Shown here: in pieces, positions 59,524-64,000 of the stretch | Numbering within the stretch: the stretch's first letter is position 1 | Layout: every line of letters starts with the position of its first letter | Virus record (IMG/VR): IMGVR_UViG_3300000176_000001 | DNA from: a virus | Length of the DNA: 64,000 nucleotides | Strand: one strand, 5' to 3' | Notes under the pieces: generated by a model | The model's input: the letters and a program-made list of their open reading frames with translations, nothing else | Told to the model about the DNA's origin: nothing | The model's database searches: none | Program-made: the position numbers and the translations under genes

Positions 59524-59599
59524 TGGTGCTTGGAGACGGGATCGAACCGCCGACACCCTGCTCTTCAGGCAGGTGCTCTACCAGCTGAGCTACCCAAGC
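59524..59599 (-). tRNA. tRNA-Phe(GAA)
   Basis: Loop CTGAAGA, CCA. Confidence 0.92.
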
Positions 59600-60256
59600 T
59601 TATCTTCTCATTAGTTCGTCTACAAACTCTAACAATAATTTGTGATTGTGTTTGGCAACATTCTCATCCCAGACTTTATTCATCCAGCTATATTCTGTGT
59701 ACCAGTGTCTCTCAGCTTCTGGGTGAGAACCTATTAGACCGATGTTCCTTTGGAAACCTGCCATAATATCACCATTTGTATAAGTTGCTACAGTATTGAA
59801 TTTACCATCCCCGATAATACTGCAGCCATCATACCAGAACATCTTCTCTTTTTGACCGTTCCACGTGACTTCTAAGTTCTTAGCGTGTGGTCTTCTGGTG
59901 TCTGTGCCGGGTCTTGCTAGATACTGCACACAGTCTTTGTTCTCTAATATGTTTAGATATTCTTTTCCTGCCCAATAAGCACCCATGCATATACCAAGAT
60001 ACTTACCACCTTGATTTAATACAAAGTCTCTTATAACAGGTATATGTGGTCTCATGATACGATTAAAGGTATCAGCATCGCCAATACCTCCAGGCACAGC
60101 TATCATATCTACGTCATCGAACCAATCGTCGTAGAGTATCTCGTGCTTGGTAAAGATCTTAAATTTGTAATATGGTTGCAGGATATTCATGATGCCATTC
60201 ACACCATGAATGGAGCACCTTGGGTGATCTATGAATAGAGCTATTTTTCCTGCCAA
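59600..60256 (-). CDS. BPL_N-like class I glutamine amidotransferase-fold protein
   Basis: VPGG, YLGICMGAY, HPE. Confidence 0.8.
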   Translation of the reverse strand: MAGKIALFIDHPRCSIHGVNGIMNILQPYYKFKIFTKHEILYDDWFDDVDMIAVPGGIGDADTFNRIMRPHIPVIRDFVLNQGGKYLGICMGAYWAGKEYLNILENKDCVQYLARPGTDTRRPHAKNLEVTWNGQKEKMFWYDGCSIIGDGKFNTVATYTNGDIMAGFQRNIGLIGSHPEAERHWYTEYSWMNKVWDENVAKHNHKLLLEFVDELMRR

Positions 60257-60275
60257 TCATATCCCCCTATTAAAG

Positions 60276-60349
60276 TGGCGAAGGTGCAAGGATTTGAACC
60301 TTGACTAACAGTTTTGGAGACCGTTGTGCTACCGTTACACTACACCGAC
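60276..60349 (-). tRNA. tRNA-Trp(CCA) with two acceptor-stem mismatches
   Basis: Loop CTCCAAA; acceptor GTCGGTG/CACCTTC. Confidence 0.8.
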
Positions 60350-60702
60350 AATTTTTTTTTTATATTTTTCGCTGCATACGTATCTTGTTGTGTATGACAG
60401 TTTGGACATAAAAATCTTAAATTACTAATTTTATTGTCATTATTTACACCATTGATATGATCAAGCTGTAATACTAATTTTTTGTTATTATAATTTCCAT
60501 CATTATAACACTCTTGACATTCATATTTGATTAAATTTTGTTTAATCAAACGTTCTTTAAGACGATGTCTTGGATAACTAGAATTTTCAATAAATATTTC
60601 ATCATTACTGAATATTTTTCTAGAATTCGCGCAAGAATATGAACAATAAACACCATTTTTATTATGACTGTTATTGCATTTCGGGCAAAGTTTCATAAGC
60701 AA
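60340..60702 (-). mobile_element. HNH homing endonuclease gene
   Basis: CQEC, LQLDHING..NDN..NLRFLCPNCH; very AT-rich. Confidence 0.9.
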
Positions 60703-60740
60703 TCCTCTCTATAAACATTTTTTTATATTTATAAATTATA

Positions 60741-60780
60741 GGTTCTAAGAACCTGCGGATTACCATCTTCCCCGACCGAC
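60741..60780 (-). pseudogene. Orphan tRNA 5' half
   Basis: GTCGGTC-GG-GGA-AGATGGTAA-TCC-G-CAGGT; no T-arm follows. Confidence 0.5.
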
Positions 60781-61213
60781 ACTTTATTAAATTAAAAACT
60801 TAATTGCAGTTACTATACCAATAATAAAGACTGCTGCGACAATAACTGCTTCAATCTTATGAGCTGTTGTCATCGAGTACCACTTTTTCTTTTCAGCCTG
60901 AACGACACTAACAACATTCTTATTACTAAGAATTGAGTGACTCTCATTTAACTTGGCATTAAAAGACTCAAGTATATTTAACAGTTGCTTATGTTTTGCA
61001 ACCTCTGTACTGACATAGTCAACGATATTAGAAACATTTCCAATGAGCTCTAGATGATGCTCAGGTGGAATTGGATCTGTGCTTAGTGGTTGTGCTTGTG
61101 CAGCTGGATTAATAGGTGACTTAGATAATGTATCTAAGACCGATTTAAGGGCTGCTTCAACATCTGTATTATCTGTCATGTTATATCTCCAATTATTTCA
61201 TAATCTATTTATA

Positions 61214-61288
61214 TGGCGACCTGTAGGGGTTTCGAACCCCTCTAACTCGTTAGACAGACGAGTATCTACACCAGCTGATTCACAGGCC
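61214..61288 (-). tRNA. tRNA-Asp(GTC)
   Basis: Loop CTGTCTA, G73, CCA. Confidence 0.88.
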
Positions 61289-61400
61289 GTATTGGCGCCG
61301 CCGAAACATTCGTCTAACCTCATGTCTTCACGGTAGCTAACTCCGTTACTAGATAGGTAGGACTTCAGAGGTCCGTGTCTCGAATGTTCCAGCTATTAGT

Positions 61401-61474
61401 TGGAGGCTTGACCGAGAATCAAACTCGGATAGAAGGTTTTGCAGACCTTTGCATCATCATTCTGCCATCAAGCC
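61401..61474 (-). tRNA. tRNA-Cys(GCA)
   Basis: Loop CTGCAAA, U73, CCA. Confidence 0.88.
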
Positions 61475-61632
61475 GTATAACGTATTAAATTTTAAAACTC
61501 CGCAGTAACCATTCCTACGCACTACCTCAATTAAGCTGAGCCTCACGTGTTGGCTCGAATGTTGTCTAGGATTGCGACAAGCTCCACCAAACACGGTCGA
61601 CACTGGGTGGGCTAATGGTACCTAGATCAAAG

Positions 61633-61706
61633 TGGTGCCCAAAGAGAGGATTGAACTGCCAATAAATGATTACTAATCAATTGTTATACCATTTAACTAC
61701 AGGAGC
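61633..61706 (-). tRNA. Chimeric tRNA-Thr(AGT), possibly a pseudogene
   Basis: Loop TTAGTAA; acceptor GCTCCTG/TTTGGGC and T-stem GGCAG/CTCTC mismatched. Confidence 0.7.
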
Positions 61707-62104
61707 ATAGATGATTCTTTGGTTAACCAATATTTGGTTTCATTATATTCTTCCCATTTATCACAAAAATTTATATACAATTTGAGATCATGGAAAACTA
61801 ACATGTTTGCAAATTCATTTGGTCCATCTATTGCAAGAAGCATATGCAAATCATAAATGAAATCCAACGTGAAATCTTCTTCACTAAAGCCTGTATTAGG
61901 CCAATGAAATGCTAATTGTTCAATTCCCATGCATACCTCAATGAACTGGGCGGGAGTCCAGAAATGGTCCAGATTACAGTCGAGCATTTCTGCAAGACCC
62001 TCCCGATATATGTAGTGGCTCTTTTCTCTAATCACTCCCGATAGATGCTGGCCAGCATAGGGCATAGAGGTCTGAACGGTGGACGCCACCTTTTCACTAC
62101 AAAC

Positions 62105-62178
62105 TGGTGCTCCCACTTAGAATCGAACTAAGAACTGATGCTTACAAGGCAACTATTATTCCATTTAACTATAAGAGC
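62105..62178 (-). tRNA. tRNA-Thr(TGT)
   Basis: Loop CTTGTAA, CCA. Confidence 0.85.
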
Positions 62179-62801
62179 TTATCTTTTACTTTATCCCAAC
62201 TTAATTCATTTTTATTTAAAATAATAATATTAATATTATTTTGTTCACATACTTTTTTTATTTTTTCTTTATCAGAAAATCCTAATGATGGATTAATATT
62301 TTCTATTAGAAAGTCGTTTTTAGGGTCAAGATACACATCATAATCAATTAAATATATATCCGGTGTGTATGTTCTTGATTTACCATTAGGGTCAATATAA
62401 TTGAATCTCTTACATGTATCCCATTTTATATTATTTTCATCTAATGATTTTGCTAATATCAGTTCATATGTAGAACCTAACGTTTTACCTTTATATTTTA
62501 TCCACTTAGATTGTCTGACACCACCTAAATTTCTTTCTTTAGCAAGTTTTGATAATTTTTCAATTGTTTCTTTTGATTTAGGAGGTTGCATTTTTGATTT
62601 TTCTGACATTTTTTTTCGTGTATTGTCAGAAATAACATAATTACCCTTTGTCCATTGATTAGCTTTTTTCTTATTTTTTTGAATCTTTAAATCTTGAAAT
62701 GGTGTGTGTTGTTTTTCAGGATTAAGTTTACATAATCGTTCATGATTTCTCAAAGAGTTATCATTTTTTCTTTCTTGTTTACAAAATTTACATATGTTCA
62801 T
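62169..62801 (-). mobile_element. PD-(D/E)XK (TnsA-N-like) putative homing endonuclease
   Basis: CKFC..H..LC zinc finger, NUMOD-like S..T.KKMSE, YTPDIYL...YLDPK; very AT-rich. Confidence 0.75.
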
Positions 62802-62845
62802 ATCATTAGCTTTCGGTAGAGCAATCTTATATTTTATTTATATAA

Positions 62846-62876
62846 AACCGTTGCACTACCGCTGTGCTATTTGGGC
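62846..62876 (-). pseudogene. Orphan tRNA-Thr-like 5' half
   Basis: GCCCAAA-TA-GCAC-AGCGGTA-GTGC-A-ACGGT, breaking off at the anticodon loop. Confidence 0.75.
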
Positions 62877-63181
62877 TAAAAGGGTGGAAAGAAGTCTCTG
62901 TCGTTAACTGCCTTGTCGTCAATCCAAACATCATAGTCTGGTTTACCAACTCTTGCGGTTGTGAACTTACAACCCCAAGCGTTCAGCTGATACATGGTCA
63001 AGTGATTCCAGTCCTTGCCGCTAGAGCTTCCCCTAGCAGTCCAGTAATGGATCTCATGACCTTCGTCAAAGAGTTGATTAAGATAGTCGATACGGGACTG
63101 GATCGGAATTGAATTCTCATAGTCACGATTAGTCGTGACGCAGATAGTTCCATCGATGTCAACCATATACTTCATCAACAA
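62876..63181 (-). CDS. Small capless HAD phosphatase (EcbF/BcbF-like)
   Basis: VDIDGTIC, WTARG, GKP.YD..IDDKA. Confidence 0.8.
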   Translation of the reverse strand: MLMKYMVDIDGTICVTTNRDYENSIPIQSRIDYLNQLFDEGHEIHYWTARGSSSGKDWNHLTMYQLNAWGCKFTTARVGKPDYDVWIDDKAVNDRDFFPPF

Positions 63182-63274
63182 CTCCTAAACTGGGCGGGAG
63201 GCTGGCTAGAACGCCAGCAGATTACGATCCGGTGTTTCCATCCAGACCCTCCCGATATTGGCTATAAGCCAAAA

Positions 63275-63351
63275 TGGCTCCTGGAGTAGGAATCGAACCT
63301 ACCTGATGAACAGATTAACAGTCTGCTGTCCCACCTTGTGACCGTCCAGGA
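63275..63351 (-). tRNA. tRNA-Asn(GTT)
   Basis: Loop CTGTTAA, CCA. Confidence 0.9.
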
Positions 63352-63406
63352 ATAAACTCTATAAGCTTACTATATATCATTCTTGCATATATGTACACAA
63401 ATATTT

Positions 63407-63482
63407 TGGTGCTCCCAACCGGATTCGAACCGGTGTGATCCACGTGAGAGGCGGGTATCCTAGGCCGCTAGATGATGGGAGC
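63407..63482 (-). tRNA. tRNA-Glu(CTC)
   Basis: Loop CTCTCAC, CCA. Confidence 0.88.
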
Positions 63483-63606
63483 AAATTAGTGTTAGTTTTT
63501 TGTGTGTCAGGAAAACTAACAAACCCCGCGGCAGCAGCCCATCTCACCATTTCGCTCCGGCGGTGGCGGGTACATTTTCCACAGGTGAGCCCGCCATATG
63601 TATTTA

Positions 63607-63682
63607 TGGTCCGAGTGGTGTGATTCGAACCGGTGTGATCCGCGTGAGAGGCGGGTATCCTAGGCCGCTAGATGATGGGAGC
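63607..63682 (-). pseudogene. Chimeric tRNA: Glu(CTC) body with a Pro-like 3' end
   Basis: First ~61 nt match 63422-63482 with one mismatch; 3' ACACCACTCGGACCA cannot pair with them. Confidence 0.8.
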
Positions 63683-63688
63683 GGATAT

Positions 63689-63765
63689 TGGTCAGGGAAA
63701 CAGGAATCGAACCTGCAACCTTTGCGTCCCAAACGCAACGCTCTACCAGATTGAGCTATTCCCTG
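63689..63765 (-). tRNA. tRNA-Pro(TGG)
   Basis: Loop TTTGGGA, CCA. Confidence 0.93.
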
Positions 63766-63773
63766 ATATATAT

Positions 63774-63851
63774 TGGTCCCGTGTATCGGATTTGAACCGA
63801 CGATCTCCACGCTTGAAAGGCGGGTATGTTAGACCGCTACACCAACACGGG
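63774..63851 (-). tRNA. tRNA-Glu(TTC)
   Basis: Loop CTTTCAA, CCA. Confidence 0.88.
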
Positions 63852-63852
63852 T

Positions 63853-63929
63853 TGGTTGGCACAGATGGATTCAAACCATCGACCTCACGATTATCAGTCG
63901 TGTGCTCTAATCATCTGAGCTATGCGCCA
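63853..63929 (-). tRNA. tRNA-Ile(GAT)
   Basis: Loop CTGATAA, CCA. Confidence 0.9.
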
Positions 63930-63937
63930 GTAAACTT

Positions 63938-64000
63938 TGGTAGACCCTGCAAGGATCGAACTTGCGACAAAGAGATTAAGAGTCTCCTGCTCTACCAACT
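63938..64000 (-). tRNA. tRNA-Lys(CTT), 5' end cut by window edge
   Basis: Loop CTCTTAA, T-arm, CCA. Confidence 0.88.

Noticed and set aside
60738-60756. Ochre suppressor (TTA) anticodon in the orphan half
   Set aside because: There is no U33 and no 3' half, and core genes read intact in the standard code, so nothing indicates recoding.

Overview
The window is a 64 kb segment of a large T4-like dsDNA myophage, with almost all genes on the minus strand. The host is probably an alphaproteobacterium, likely Hyphomicrobiales; this is inferred from a GGCGGUA-loop permuted tmRNA, a DUF1127 gene, an Omp25-like porin and a ROSE-like leader. Layout: (1) 0-10.7 kb, small early ORFs behind repeated GTGTACA-N17-TAnnnT promoter cassettes; (2) 10.7-28.5 kb, exonuclease, PhoH, RNase H, a heptose/glycosyltransferase/SpeD/methyltransferase cluster, nrdAB with a SET gene, thyX and primase; (3) 29-40 kb, late genes including probable capsid-internal proteins; (4) 40-51 kb, helicase, uvsX, DNA polymerase, endolysin, sHSP, spanins and porin; (5) 51-64 kb, a tRNA array (28 tRNA or tRNA-like genes in the whole window) mixed with cargo genes and unexplained structured RNAs. 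The top candidate novel system is three tandem Y-RNA-like elements, one a circularly permuted YrlA-type tRNA mimic, directly upstream of a DUF2828 (TROVE/vWA, Ro60-like) gene. Also notable are a probably inactive SpeD paralogue fused to a TylF-like methyltransferase, and chimeric or split tRNAs suggesting cassette insertion by recombination within tRNA genes. All family calls come from motif recognition by eye; no database searches were run.
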